In this document: positions 17,974 through 27,646 of the stretch, piece by piece
Numbering within the stretch: position 1 is the stretch's first letter
How the letters are laid out: each line of letters starts with the position of its first letter
NCBI GenBank assembly: GCA_039934355.1
Contig: JBDTMI010000008.1
Span: 3,012 to 67,011 of the forward strand
DNA length: 64,000 nt
Origin: Gemmatimonadales bacterium
Lineage (GTDB): Bacteria > Gemmatimonadota > Gemmatimonadetes > Gemmatimonadales > GWC2-71-9
Direction of reading: 5' to 3'
Made by a program: the position numbers and the translations under genes
Notes under the pieces: generated by a model
Told to the model about the DNA's origin: nothing
What the model saw: only the letters and a program-made list of their open reading frames with translations
Database searches by the model: none

Positions 17974-19926
17974 ATGCCCTCCCCCACCCGGTTCGTCTTT
18001 GCGGTCCACCTGCACCAGCCGGTGGGCAACTTCGACTCGGTCTTCGAGCAGCATCTGGCGGACGTCTACCGCCCGCTGCTTGAAAAGGTGGACGAGCGGG
18101 ACTTCCTCCCGATCGTGCTGCACCTCTCCGGCCCGCTGCTCGAATGGCTGGAGCAGAAGGCCGGTGACTATCTCGATCTGCTGGGCCGGCTGGTATCCAG
18201 CGGCAAAGTGGAGCTGCTGCTCTCCGGCATGTACGAGCCCGTCCTGGCGGCGCTGCCCCGGCGGGACCGGGTCGAGCAGATCCAGTGGATGCGGGAGGCG
18301 ATCGCCACTCGTTTCGGGGTGCAGGCGCACGGGCTGTGGCTCACGGAGCGCGTCTGGGAACCGGAGCTCGCGGCGGACCTGGTCGATGCCGGGGTGCGCT
18401 ATGCGCTGGTGGATGACCGGCATTTCCTCGTCACCGGCTTTCAGCCCGGCGATCTCCACGTCCCCTACACCACCGAGAGCGATGGCCGTCGACTCACCCT
18501 GTTCTCGATCGATGAACGGCTTCGCTACCTGATTCCCTTCCGGCCCCCGGCGGAGACGGCCGACTACCTGCGCGACCTCTCAGCGCACGGGAAGCGGCTC
18601 GCGGTCTTTGCCGATGACGGCGAGAAATTCGGCGGCTGGCCCGGCACGAAGGACTGGGTGTACACCCAGGGATGGCTCGACCAGTTCCTCACGACGATGG
18701 CCGCGCTGATCGACGGCGGCGAGGTGCTGTTAACCACGCTCAGCGAATCACTGGAGGCGGTGCCCTCCGGCGGCCTGGCTTACCTGCCCACGGCCTCCTA
18801 CCGGGAAATGGAAAGCTGGTCGCTGCCGCCGGAACCGGCCCGCCGCCTGGCAGCCCTGGAGCGCGAACTCGGCGCCGCGCGCATGGCTGGTCCGGACGGT
18901 GTGCTGATCCGGGGCGCGCACTGGCGCAATTTCATGGTGAAGTATCCGGAGGCCAACCGGATGCACAAGAAGATGGTGGCGCTCTCCACGCTGTGCCGCG
19001 CCGCGGGTGACCCGGCCGACGCCCGTCGCGCCATCGGCCGGGCGCAGTGCAACGACGCCTACTGGCACGGCGTCTTCGGCGGGCTCTACACCCCGCATCT
19101 GCGCGACGCGATCTGGGCCGAGCTGGCAGGGGCGGAGGCGATTCTGCGGGAAGGTGAGCCGCCGGCGTGGGAGTGGCTCGACATCGACGCCGACGGTCAT
19201 GACGAGCTGTGGATCCACGACGCCACCTTTTCAGCCATCATCAGCCCGCAGCGCGGGGCCGTCATCGAGGAGTTCACCGTCTTCGCACACGCCATCAACT
19301 ACGCCAACGTCCTCACTCGGCGGCGGGAGGGATATCACGAGATCGCTCCTGCGACGGCCCGCGTCAGCCACCACGATGAGCGTGGCGTGCCAAGCGTCCA
19401 CGACCTCGAGGAGCAGATGCTCCGCAATGAGCTGCCCCCGATCGATCCCGAGACACGCGCGCTGATTCGCGAGCGGGCACTGCCCTCCGACGTGGATGCG
19501 GCGATGTATGCCCGCGGCGACTACGATCCGGCCTGGACCACCGCAAACACGACACTGGAATGCGCGGTGACGCCGGGGGCGGGTGACGGCGCCGGCGTCA
19601 CCGTGACCTGCCGCGCCACCGACGGCGGGATCGTGATCTTCGAGAAATCCTACCGCTTCCACACCGGTGGCCGGTTGATTGCCGAGTATCGCTGGCGGCC
19701 CGGCGCCCTCGGCGCCGGTGCGGTCTTCGCGCCGGAAGTCAGTTACGCCGGCCCGGCTGAACTCACCTGCTCGCCCGCCGCGCCGATCTGGCGTTACCAG
19801 ATCGAGACGGTGTCCAAGTCGGAGAAGGAACTGGAGCGCACGGTCCAGGGTCAGGCAGTCACGCCGCGCTGGCCGGCGAGCGTCGGCGAGGCGCGGATTG
19901 AATTCGTGACGAAGGGGCGGGGGTAA
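17974..19926 (+). CDS. GH57-family 4-alpha-glucanotransferase / alpha-amylase-like protein
   Basis: FVFAVHLHQPVGNF is GH57 region 1, with WLTERVWEP and GEKFGGWPGT also present. The 650-aa length fits the architecture with the two C-terminal beta domains. Confidence 0.85.
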   Translation: MPSPTRFVFAVHLHQPVGNFDSVFEQHLADVYRPLLEKVDERDFLPIVLHLSGPLLEWLEQKAGDYLDLLGRLVSSGKVELLLSGMYEPVLAALPRRDRVEQIQWMREAIATRFGVQAHGLWLTERVWEPELAADLVDAGVRYALVDDRHFLVTGFQPGDLHVPYTTESDGRRLTLFSIDERLRYLIPFRPPAETADYLRDLSAHGKRLAVFADDGEKFGGWPGTKDWVYTQGWLDQFLTTMAALIDGGEVLLTTLSESLEAVPSGGLAYLPTASYREMESWSLPPEPARRLAALERELGAARMAGPDGVLIRGAHWRNFMVKYPEANRMHKKMVALSTLCRAAGDPADARRAIGRAQCNDAYWHGVFGGLYTPHLRDAIWAELAGAEAILREGEPPAWEWLDIDADGHDELWIHDATFSAIISPQRGAVIEEFTVFAHAINYANVLTRRREGYHEIAPATARVSHHDERGVPSVHDLEEQMLRNELPPIDPETRALIRERALPSDVDAAMYARGDYDPAWTTANTTLECAVTPGAGDGAGVTVTCRATDGGIVIFEKSYRFHTGGRLIAEYRWRPGALGAGAVFAPEVSYAGPAELTCSPAAPIWRYQIETVSKSEKELERTVQGQAVTPRWPASVGEARIEFVTKGRG

Positions 19927-19963
19927 AAGGAGGAGGCCGTAGGCGAATCGGACACAGCTTCAA

Positions 19964-20019
19964 GCCAATGGCGAACGGCCAATGGCCATTGGGTGACGGC
20001 TGATGGCTGATCGCCCTAC
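19964..20019. repeat. Heptanucleotide repeat in GC-phase (8 units)
   Basis: The array reads gccaatg gcgaacg gccaatg gccattg ggtgacg gctgatg gctgatc gccctac. It lies between convergent genes and reaches the stop codon at 20016-20018. Confidence 0.8.
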
Positions 20020-21545
20020 CCGTAGACCGTCTCCGCCTCCAGCACCTCAAGGGTGCGCTGATACAGCGCGTCGGCTTCCGCCACACTGTTGCCGATGGCG
20101 GTGACCCCGAGCTTGCCATACTGCGACAGGGCCCCAATCAGGTGAAAGAGCACTCCGCTTTCGGTCCGGTAGTTGAAGTTCAGCTGGTTCACCGTGACGA
20201 TATCGATCAGATCCTCCGGCAGCAGCCCACGGTAGCGCGGGGCGTGCAGATTGTCGGTGGCACGGTAGTACTTGGGCCGGCCGCTGTCGGACGAAAAGAG
20301 GCCAGTCGCCGGATCGAGCGCGCCGCCGGTGAGGAGGCGAAGCGCGAGGAAGGGATGCGTCGTACCGCCTAACCGGAGATTGATCTCGATCGCGTTCAAC
20401 GCCCAGGGCTGGCCGGGCCCCGAACGCACCGCCATGAAATCCACTCCCATCCGGCTCACCACCCCCTTCGCCGCCAGCACGTCGCCCACCGCCTGGGCGG
20501 TCTGCTGCACCGCGACCCGGTAGCAGTCGTCGGCGGGGAAGCGGCAACCGAGGAACACCTGTCCTTCGTCGCCGCCAAGGATCTGATCGTGGGTGGAGAT
20601 GGGAACCACTTCACCCCGCGGTCCGGTGCGGAGCTGGGCGCTGGGCGAGCAGATCTCCGCCCCCTCGATGAATTCCTCGACAATCCCGCCCATCCCGCTG
20701 AACTTTTCGAAGTACGACTCCTTCTGCTCGCTGGGGGCGATGAAATGCACTCCGTCCAGCGCCCGACCCATGGCGGCGCGGCCCACGCCTCTGGGGTAGC
20801 GGAAGATGGCGTTGCCCTCGCCGGAGAAACTTTCGTTGAGTTTGATGACCGCCTTGCGGATCTCCGGCCGCAACACCCGGAGCCCGGTCAGCGCCGCCAG
20901 CACGTCGTGCTCATCCCGCAGATCCTCGGACCCCGCAGGATGGAGCACACCCGCCTCCCGGAAAATCTTCCGCCCGCCAGACTTGGTCCCATGATGGGTC
21001 AGGGCGGGATCGGCCCCGTTGAGTGGAATCCCCAGCAGCACGGCGAGCCGGCGTTCCAGCGGTGTGGAGTTGAAGACGCTGAGATACGCCTGGCTGGGGT
21101 TGGGGATCGCATAGCGGATCCGCTGAATCAGCCGGGGCCGCTCCAGGATCTTCTCGGTGAGCGGCCGGGGTGAGGCGTCGTGCGCGCACAACATGGTGAG
21201 CCGGTGACGGGCGTGACTGGCCGGCACACCGAGCAGGTGCTGCAGCAGGTAGTCGATAATGTCGGGATGCACTGGCTGGGCGGTCACATAGACCATGTGC
21301 GCCCGCGGGTTGCGCAGCCGGATGAGGAGGAAGAGCAGGCGTTCCTCGTAATAGCTCGCACCCTCGAGCTTGCGCAGCTCGGCCTGGTCCAGCGTCAGCG
21401 ATGGCACCACGACCGTGGTGCACGGCAGATCGTTGTCGCGCAGCAGCAGATCCCAAACCTCAATCAGGCGCGGCTTGAGGCGCTCGAAGGCGTCCAGCTC
21501 ATCCTGCAGGGCGAGCTGACTCGGGAAGGGAGGCTGGGGGATCAC
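20016..21545 (-). CDS. PGM1-like pre-ATP-grasp / ATP-grasp peptide ligase family protein
   Basis: 509 aa. The N-terminal pre-ATP-grasp-like region contains VVVPSLTLDQAEL. The C-terminal ATP-grasp-like region contains GIVEEFIEG and MGVDFMAV..ALNAIEINLRLGGTTHP. The start codon is GTG. Family assignment is from memory of the architecture. Confidence 0.6.
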   Translation of the reverse strand: MIPQPPFPSQLALQDELDAFERLKPRLIEVWDLLLRDNDLPCTTVVVPSLTLDQAELRKLEGASYYEERLLFLLIRLRNPRAHMVYVTAQPVHPDIIDYLLQHLLGVPASHARHRLTMLCAHDASPRPLTEKILERPRLIQRIRYAIPNPSQAYLSVFNSTPLERRLAVLLGIPLNGADPALTHHGTKSGGRKIFREAGVLHPAGSEDLRDEHDVLAALTGLRVLRPEIRKAVIKLNESFSGEGNAIFRYPRGVGRAAMGRALDGVHFIAPSEQKESYFEKFSGMGGIVEEFIEGAEICSPSAQLRTGPRGEVVPISTHDQILGGDEGQVFLGCRFPADDCYRVAVQQTAQAVGDVLAAKGVVSRMGVDFMAVRSGPGQPWALNAIEINLRLGGTTHPFLALRLLTGGALDPATGLFSSDSGRPKYYRATDNLHAPRYRGLLPEDLIDIVTVNQLNFNYRTESGVLFHLIGALSQYGKLGVTAIGNSVAEADALYQRTLEVLEAETVYG

Positions 21546-21723
21546 GCCGACCGATCGTGAAGGTTGGCTCCACAGTACCTGAGCAGCGGTCGGTGCGACG
21601 TGAGATCAGCGTGAAGAGGGCTTCAGGAGGGAGCCAGGAGGCGGCTGACAGCTGGCAGGTGGAAGACAATCGCGGGATCCCCAGCGCCTACTCCCCGCTC
21701 CAGTTGCCACCCGCCACCTGCGT

Positions 21724-23694
21724 TCAAGGCAGATATTGCTCCGCCTTCGGCTCCATTCTGAGGATCCACAGTCCGGTGTTGATGTCCGGCACAAAGATCA
21801 GCCCGTTCCTCACCACCGCGCCCCAGGCGAAGGGCGAGCGAGGCTTGTGGCCCATCGAGTCGGCGGTCCAGATCCAGCTCATCTCCCGGCCCTGGCGCAG
21901 AAGGTCGCCCTTGAGCTCGCCGGAAATATCCAGCGTCCGGGCGCCGCCATGATAGTTGCCGAGGTAGAGTGTGTCACCGGCCACCCACACGTTGTGCACG
22001 CCACCGTCAGTAGGCTCGTACCACGCCACCTCCTTCGGTGCCGCCATGTCCGAGACGTCGATCACATGGAGCCGGCCCCAGGTCAGGTCGTTGCCATCCT
22101 GCAGCCCCTTGGCTTCCCGCGAGGCGTACACCTCATCGCCCACGAAGACATATTTTCCGGCCCGCCACGCCGTGTGGGTCCCGCGCGCCCCGAGTCCATA
22201 GAGCTGGTCCACCCGGGCGTAGGTCTCGCTCAGGTTGTACTTGAACTGGGAGACGAATTTCGGCGCCTCGGGGCTGCCACCCTTCACGCCGTTGCCAACA
22301 TCGAGCACCACCAGACCGTCATTCCAGTAGGAGAGATAGGCCAGCCCATCGACCACCTGGATATCGTGGAGGTAGCGACCCGCCTCGGTCTGCTCGGTCT
22401 GCCACCGGGCGACTTCCTTCGGATGGTAGGGATCCTGGATGTCGATGACCCGCATGGAGCCGGTCGCGTCGTCGGTCAGGTAGACGTGGCCTCGGTAAAC
22501 GAAACTCGAATGCACTCCGCCGGTGACGGTCTCGGTGTAGTCGGCGATGATCGTCGGGTGACAGGGATCGCTCGCCTCGAAGATCTTGAGACCGTTCTTC
22601 CGGTTGGAGGCGCCCTCGCGCGAGAAGACGCCGAACTTGCCGTCTTCCGTCGTCATGATGTCGTTGATGATCCGGGCGTCGGCCATCAGCGAGTCCACGA
22701 TCCTCGGCTTGGCGGGGTCCTCAACATTGATCACGTAGGCCCGGTCGGCGATCGTCGACAGATAGACGCACTGCCCGGTCGGTGGCGCCCAGATCTCAGC
22801 GGAGCTGAACGTGACGGGCACCCGCCCGACCACTTCCATCCCCCGGGTGATGCGCCGCGGTGCGACGGTGACCTGCGCCTCGGCGGTCGAGCCACCGGCG
22901 CTGGCCGTGACGGTGTAACGCCCCGGCGTCTCGGCGACAAACGCACCCGCGGCGTCGATCTGCGCGACCCCATCGCTCCCCGCCACCGACCAGCGCACCG
23001 CGAAGTCGCCCACCGGCTTCGCCGCGGCATCGCGCGCGTCCACCGTGAAGCGCACCACGTCGCCGGTCCGCACGCTGGGCGTCGCCGGTGCCAGCGTCAG
23101 CCGCCGAACGGTGTTGGGGACGACGGTGAGGGCGACGCTGGTGGTGGCCCGGCCGGCAGCTCCGGTGATGGTCACCTTGCCGGGCGCGAGCGCCTGCAGC
23201 CGCCCGTCCGCGGTGATGCTTGCGACACGACTGTTGCTGGAGGTAAAGCTCAGCAGGTCGTCCCGCTTGTCGTTCTGGTTGCTGTAGGCCGCCCCGCTCA
23301 GCGTCAGTCGGCTCCCGGCCAGCACCCGCGCCGGGACGGGATCGAGCACGACCCGCGATGCCGCCTGCGGCGTGACGAGAATCGTCGCGTTCCCGAACGT
23401 CGGCTTGCCTCCGGCCACCGACGCCACCGCCGTCACCAGCACTTTGCCCCGGTAGCCAGCGGTCAGCAATCCGGTGGAGTCGATGTCGCCCTGCCCGGCA
23501 TTGTCAAACCACCGGACCCGGGCGTCGGGAACCGGCTGACCGGCCTGATCCAGGACCCGCACGCCGAGCTGAAGCGTCTGGCCGACCTCCAGCGAACCGG
23601 TCGCAGGTGTGACTTCCACCCGGGCGATCGGCGACGGCGCCTGGGGCTGTTGGGGCTGCTGCAGGACAAGCGTGAGCAGGGCGATGGTCAGCAT
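21724..23694 (-). CDS. Secreted protein with bacterial Ig-like (Big_2) repeats and a C-terminal LVIVD-repeat beta-propeller
   Basis: There are three to four repeats of the G..L.L.A...D..G type. The C-terminal half carries repeated VID/VLDV/VIDVSD blades. Confidence 0.75.
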   Translation of the reverse strand: MLTIALLTLVLQQPQQPQAPSPIARVEVTPATGSLEVGQTLQLGVRVLDQAGQPVPDARVRWFDNAGQGDIDSTGLLTAGYRGKVLVTAVASVAGGKPTFGNATILVTPQAASRVVLDPVPARVLAGSRLTLSGAAYSNQNDKRDDLLSFTSSNSRVASITADGRLQALAPGKVTITGAAGRATTSVALTVVPNTVRRLTLAPATPSVRTGDVVRFTVDARDAAAKPVGDFAVRWSVAGSDGVAQIDAAGAFVAETPGRYTVTASAGGSTAEAQVTVAPRRITRGMEVVGRVPVTFSSAEIWAPPTGQCVYLSTIADRAYVINVEDPAKPRIVDSLMADARIINDIMTTEDGKFGVFSREGASNRKNGLKIFEASDPCHPTIIADYTETVTGGVHSSFVYRGHVYLTDDATGSMRVIDIQDPYHPKEVARWQTEQTEAGRYLHDIQVVDGLAYLSYWNDGLVVLDVGNGVKGGSPEAPKFVSQFKYNLSETYARVDQLYGLGARGTHTAWRAGKYVFVGDEVYASREAKGLQDGNDLTWGRLHVIDVSDMAAPKEVAWYEPTDGGVHNVWVAGDTLYLGNYHGGARTLDISGELKGDLLRQGREMSWIWTADSMGHKPRSPFAWGAVVRNGLIFVPDINTGLWILRMEPKAEQYLP

Positions 23695-23807
23695 AGGCCG
23701 GGGAGGAGGGAAAGAGGAAAAGGGAAAGTGGAGTGCTCCGCGGACAATCTACTGCGTGCTACCGAGAGCGTCAGGGGACGTTTCAGGCCGAACGCGAGGG
23801 GCGCGGA

Positions 23808-23842
23808 GCCGTCAGCCGTCAGCGTGCAGCGGATAGCCGCTC
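23808..23842. repeat. Heptanucleotide repeat (GCCGTCA family)
   Basis: The array reads gccgtca gccgtca gcgtgca gcggata gccgctc, in a divergent promoter region. Confidence 0.75.
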
Positions 23843-23903
23843 ACCTAGCCGCCCAACCCCCCCCCGCCCTTTCCCCATTCCCCCTTCCCCGTATTTTCCC
23901 TCC

Positions 23904-24791
23904 ATGCCAGAAGCCACTGCTGCTCAGACGGTACTCGGGCTCATCCAGATGCGCATGTCCGCCGATCCGGAGGAGAATCTCACCCGGGCCATCGCGCGCA
24001 TCCGGGACGCCGCCGGCCGCGGTGCAAATGTCATCTGCCTCCCCGAGCTGTTCCGCAGTCCGTATTTCTGCCAGACCGAGGATCATGCGTTTTTCGCCCT
24101 GGCGGAATCGATACCCGGCCCCACCACCGCGCGGCTCGCCGGGCTAGCCGGCGAGCTCGGCGTCGTGATCATCGCCTCCCTGTTCGAGAAGCGGGCCGAG
24201 GGGTTGTACCACAACACCACCGCCATCCTCGATGCGGACGGGCAGTACCTCGGCAAGTACCGGAAGATGCACATCCCGGACGACCCGAACTACTACGAGA
24301 AGTTCTATTTCACGCCCGGTGACCTCGGCTACCGCTCGTGGCCGACCCGCCACGCCAAAGCCGGCGTCCTGATCTGCTGGGATCAGTGGTACCCCGAGGC
24401 CGCGCGACTCACCGCCCTCACCGGCGCGCAGATTCTCTTCTATCCCACGGCCATCGGCTGGCTGGTGCCGGAGAAGGCGGAGTACGGCACGGCACAGCAA
24501 CAGTCGTGGGAAACGATCCAGCGGAGTCACGCGATCGCCAACGGCGTCTTCGTGGCAGCGGTGAACCGCGTTGGCCTCGAGGCCGGACCCAATGCGGGGA
24601 TCGAGTTCTGGGGCGGCAGTTTCGTCTGTGCCCCCAACGGCGAGATCATCGCGAAGGCCGGCACCGCCGAGGAAACGCTTCTCGTCCCCGTCGACCTGAC
24701 CCGCGTGGACTTTGCCCGCACCCACTGGCCCTTCCTGCGCGACCGGCGGGTGGACAGCTATGGGGAGTTGACCAAGCGGTACATCGACTGA
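23904..24791 (+). CDS. aguB: N-carbamoylputrescine amidase (carbon-nitrogen hydrolase)
   Basis: ICLPELF, YRKMHIPDDPNYYEKFYFTPGD and ICWDQWYPE (catalytic Cys) are present. The start is taken at MPEATAAQ. Confidence 0.9.
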   Translation: MPEATAAQTVLGLIQMRMSADPEENLTRAIARIRDAAGRGANVICLPELFRSPYFCQTEDHAFFALAESIPGPTTARLAGLAGELGVVIIASLFEKRAEGLYHNTTAILDADGQYLGKYRKMHIPDDPNYYEKFYFTPGDLGYRSWPTRHAKAGVLICWDQWYPEAARLTALTGAQILFYPTAIGWLVPEKAEYGTAQQQSWETIQRSHAIANGVFVAAVNRVGLEAGPNAGIEFWGGSFVCAPNGEIIAKAGTAEETLLVPVDLTRVDFARTHWPFLRDRRVDSYGELTKRYID

Positions 24792-24795
24792 ACGT

Positions 24796-24848
24796 GAGTC
24801 AGAAGTGAGGAGTAAAGAGGAAAAGTCGTTCCTCCTCACTCCTGACTC
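24796..24848 (+). terminator. 17-bp-arm hairpin between aguB and aguA
   Basis: gagtcagaagtgaggag pairs with ctcctcactcctgactc with one mismatch. The arms themselves have a 7-nt period (gagtcag aagtgag gagtaaa gaggaaa). Confidence 0.5.
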
Positions 24849-24869
24849 CGTACCCCACCCCCCAGCTCA

Positions 24870-25958
24870 ATGCCACTCCCCACCCCCGGCTCTCCCGCTT
24901 CCCTCGGTTATCACATGCCCGCCGAGTGGGCGCCGCACCGCGGGACCTGGCTGAGCTGGCCGCACCGCGAGTCGTCGTGGCCGGAGCGGTTTGCGCCGAT
25001 CCCTGGCGTCTTCGTCGAGATCGTCAGGCAGCTGTGCGCGGTGGAAGAGGTCCATATCAACGTCAGCGGCCCGGCCATGGCGGCCGATGTCGCTGCGCGT
25101 CTCGGAAAGGCGGGAATCATCGCGGTTGATCTGGGCCGCACCCCCGCAGCTACCGGCCGGGTCTTCCTCCACTACAATCCCACCAACGATGCCTGGTGCC
25201 GTGATCATGGCCCCTGCTTCATCCAGCGGGTGGTGGACGGCCGGGCCGAGCAGGCCATCGTCGACTGGGGGTACAATGCGTGGGGCGGCAAGTATCCGCC
25301 GTTCGAAGCGGACGACGTCATACCGAGCCGGATCGGGGCGGAATATGCGCTCGAGGTCTTTCATCCCGGCATCATCATGGAGGGTGGCAGCCTGGACGTG
25401 AACGGTCGCGGCACCCTGCTCACCACCGAGAGCTGCCTGCTCAATCCCAATCGCAATCCGGCGCTGACCCGGGGCCAGATCGAACAGGCGCTGCGTGATT
25501 TCCTTGGCGTACGGCACATTCTCTGGCTGGGTGACGGCATCGAAGGCGACGACACCGACGGTCACATTGATGATCTCACCCGGTTCACCGATCCGGAAAC
25601 CATCGTGACCGTGGTGGAAGAGGATCCGGCCGATACCAACTACGCCCCGCTGCGGGAGAATCTCCGCCGCCTCGCCGCGATGCGCGACCAGGGCGGCGCG
25701 CCCTTCCGGATCGTGACCCTCCCGATGCCACCAGCCAGCTTCGTCGAGAAGCAGCGACTGCCGGCCAGCTACGCCAACTTCTATATCGCCAACGGGATCG
25801 TGCTGATGCCGGCGTATTTCCCGGCCACGGATCGAGAGGCACAGACCATTCTGCAGAGCTGTTTTCCCACCCGTCGTGTGGTGCCCGTCGATTCCCGCGA
25901 CCTGGTCTGGGGACTCGGGTCATTCCACTGTGTGACCCAGCAGTGGCCGGCGGTTTGA
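24870..25958 (+). CDS. aguA: Agmatine deiminase
   Basis: YHMPAEWAPH, WCRDHGP, GGSLDVNGRGTLLTTE, DGHIDD and GSFHCVTQQWP (catalytic Cys) are present. Confidence 0.9.
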   Translation: MPLPTPGSPASLGYHMPAEWAPHRGTWLSWPHRESSWPERFAPIPGVFVEIVRQLCAVEEVHINVSGPAMAADVAARLGKAGIIAVDLGRTPAATGRVFLHYNPTNDAWCRDHGPCFIQRVVDGRAEQAIVDWGYNAWGGKYPPFEADDVIPSRIGAEYALEVFHPGIIMEGGSLDVNGRGTLLTTESCLLNPNRNPALTRGQIEQALRDFLGVRHILWLGDGIEGDDTDGHIDDLTRFTDPETIVTVVEEDPADTNYAPLRENLRRLAAMRDQGGAPFRIVTLPMPPASFVEKQRLPASYANFYIANGIVLMPAYFPATDREAQTILQSCFPTRRVVPVDSRDLVWGLGSFHCVTQQWPAV

Positions 25959-26037
25959 TGCCATTCGACCGTTGAGATGGCTACACTTGCTCCGCGGTTC
26001 CAGCGTCGCCGCGCCGCTTTCCTCATCCCTGGTCCAG

Positions 26038-26454
26038 ATGCCACATCCGATCTTCTCTGATGCCTGGGCACGCGCCTGTGCCGAGCGACTCAACGCCCGC
26101 GACGCATATCGGGCGGCGGCCGCCACCTGGGAGGGCGCCATTCTCCTGCGCATGCACAAGGCGGGCGGCGAAGCCCGCCGCGTCTTCCTTGATCTCTGGC
26201 ATGGTGAGTGTCGGGCGGCTCGGGCGGGCACCGCGGAAGACGAGGAGGCGGCGCGCTACATCCTGGACGGTGAGCCCGCCGCGTGGGAACAGGTGCTCAC
26301 CGGCAGGGTGGCCCCACTGCTGGCGATCATGACCGGCAAGCTCAAGCTCGCCAAGGGCAGCCTCGCCGAGCTGCTGCCGTATGTGAACGCTGCCAAGGAG
26401 CTGGTGAGTGCGGCCGCAGAGGTGGATGCGATCTTCGCCGATGCCCGCGATTGA
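26038..26454 (+). CDS. SCP2 sterol-binding-domain protein
   Basis: FSDAWARACAERLN is followed by LAIMTGKLKLAKGSLAELLPYVNAAKEL, typical of the SCP2 C-terminal helices. Confidence 0.65.
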   Translation: MPHPIFSDAWARACAERLNARDAYRAAAATWEGAILLRMHKAGGEARRVFLDLWHGECRAARAGTAEDEEAARYILDGEPAAWEQVLTGRVAPLLAIMTGKLKLAKGSLAELLPYVNAAKELVSAAAEVDAIFADARD

Positions 26455-26473
26455 GACCCGATCGAGCAACGAT

Positions 26474-27646
26474 TCAGGCCGCGGCCGCTGGCAGAACGGC
26501 CGGCCCGTCGAAGGTGACCCGCACCGGCGCCGGTAGCTCAAGCACGGCCCAGAAGTCCTCGATGCGATCCAGCAGCGCCTGGGTAACGTCCTGTCCGCGG
26601 GCCACCAGCAGCGTGCCATCCGGACCGCGTACATCGTCGACAAAGCTCATGCCAAGCTGCACGTCCTGGAAACGAATCTCGCGGATTTGCCGGGAGTCTT
26701 CCGCCCCGAGGATCGTGCCAAGGTCGCTCACGACCGCCTGATCGTACATGCCCTCCCGCGCTTTCAGCCGAGCCACCGCCTCACCCGACGGAAAGCCCTG
26801 CGAGCGCAGCGCGTCGTAGTCCAGCACGACCCGCAGCATTCGAGCACCCAGAGGCAAATTCTCCCCCATCACCTCGCCGCTGGTCGCCGTGGCCTCATAG
26901 GGATGGTTGACGTGGCTGAGAATGGCGCGGATCTCGTCCAACCGGGGAATGTCTCCCAGGAGGCGCAGCGCGATCCCGGGCAGGCCGGCGACCTGCGCCG
27001 CCATGGGGCCATGGAGCTCCACTCCCGCCGCGTAGAGCGCCACCACCTCGGCGGGGAGCGTGACCGCGCCAACCTGCGAGAGCATCGCGGCCATCTCCAT
27101 CTGCCATCGATCGCGAAACCCGATCATCGCGGCCAGCTCGCCAATCAGCCGGCGGGCCCGTTGTGCCCGGCCGAACACGGCGGGATGGGTGAGCGCCAGC
27201 ATCTCGATCAGCGCCTGCACGCTTCCCCGGAGGGTGAGCTCGAGCACATCCCGCTCGGCGGTGACGAGACGATGCTGCTCCACCGCCTGCAGCAGGACGC
27301 CCCGCATCACAGCGGGCGAGCAGGGCTTGGTCAGGAAGCGGAAGACCTGGCCTTCGTTGACGGCCGCGACTGCGGCGGCGGTGTCGGCGTAACCCGTGAG
27401 GAGAACGCGGGTCGCAGCTGGCAGCAGCTTGCGCGCGGACGTGAGCACAACGACGCCATTGATCTGCGGCATCCGCATGTCCGTCAGTACGACCGCGAAG
27501 GGCTTCCCCGACTGCATTTCGGTCAGCGCGGCGGCGCCGCCGACAGCGAGCACCAGATCGAAATCGTGGCGCAGTACGCGTGACAGGCCATCGAGCACCT
27601 GACGCTCGTCATCGATACAGAGTACCAGGGGGAGCGCGGTGCTCAT
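26474..27646 (-). CDS. Response regulator (REC) fused to a degenerate HD-GYP-like domain
   Basis: The REC domain shows VVLTDMRMP and FLTKP. The HD-GYP-like region has SQVG where HDIGK is expected and lacks the HHE..GSGYP motif. The start ATG overlaps the upstream stop (ATGA). Confidence 0.8.
   Translation of the reverse strand: MSTALPLVLCIDDERQVLDGLSRVLRHDFDLVLAVGGAAALTEMQSGKPFAVVLTDMRMPQINGVVVLTSARKLLPAATRVLLTGYADTAAAVAAVNEGQVFRFLTKPCSPAVMRGVLLQAVEQHRLVTAERDVLELTLRGSVQALIEMLALTHPAVFGRAQRARRLIGELAAMIGFRDRWQMEMAAMLSQVGAVTLPAEVVALYAAGVELHGPMAAQVAGLPGIALRLLGDIPRLDEIRAILSHVNHPYEATATSGEVMGENLPLGARMLRVVLDYDALRSQGFPSGEAVARLKAREGMYDQAVVSDLGTILGAEDSRQIREIRFQDVQLGMSFVDDVRGPDGTLLVARGQDVTQALLDRIEDFWAVLELPAPVRVTFDGPAVLPAAAA

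Noticed and set aside
17372-18532. A 386-aa plus-strand ORF bridging the long spacer and the GH57 gene.
   Set aside because: It is out of frame with the conserved GH57 protein that starts at 17974 and has low-complexity Pro/Arg/Ser/Gly composition.
21736-24147. An 803-aa plus-strand ORF spanning the LVIVD gene, the intergenic region and the aguB start.
   Set aside because: It is a shadow ORF. It crosses an obvious non-coding repeat region, has low-complexity Arg/Gly/Pro composition, and conflicts with two conserved genes.
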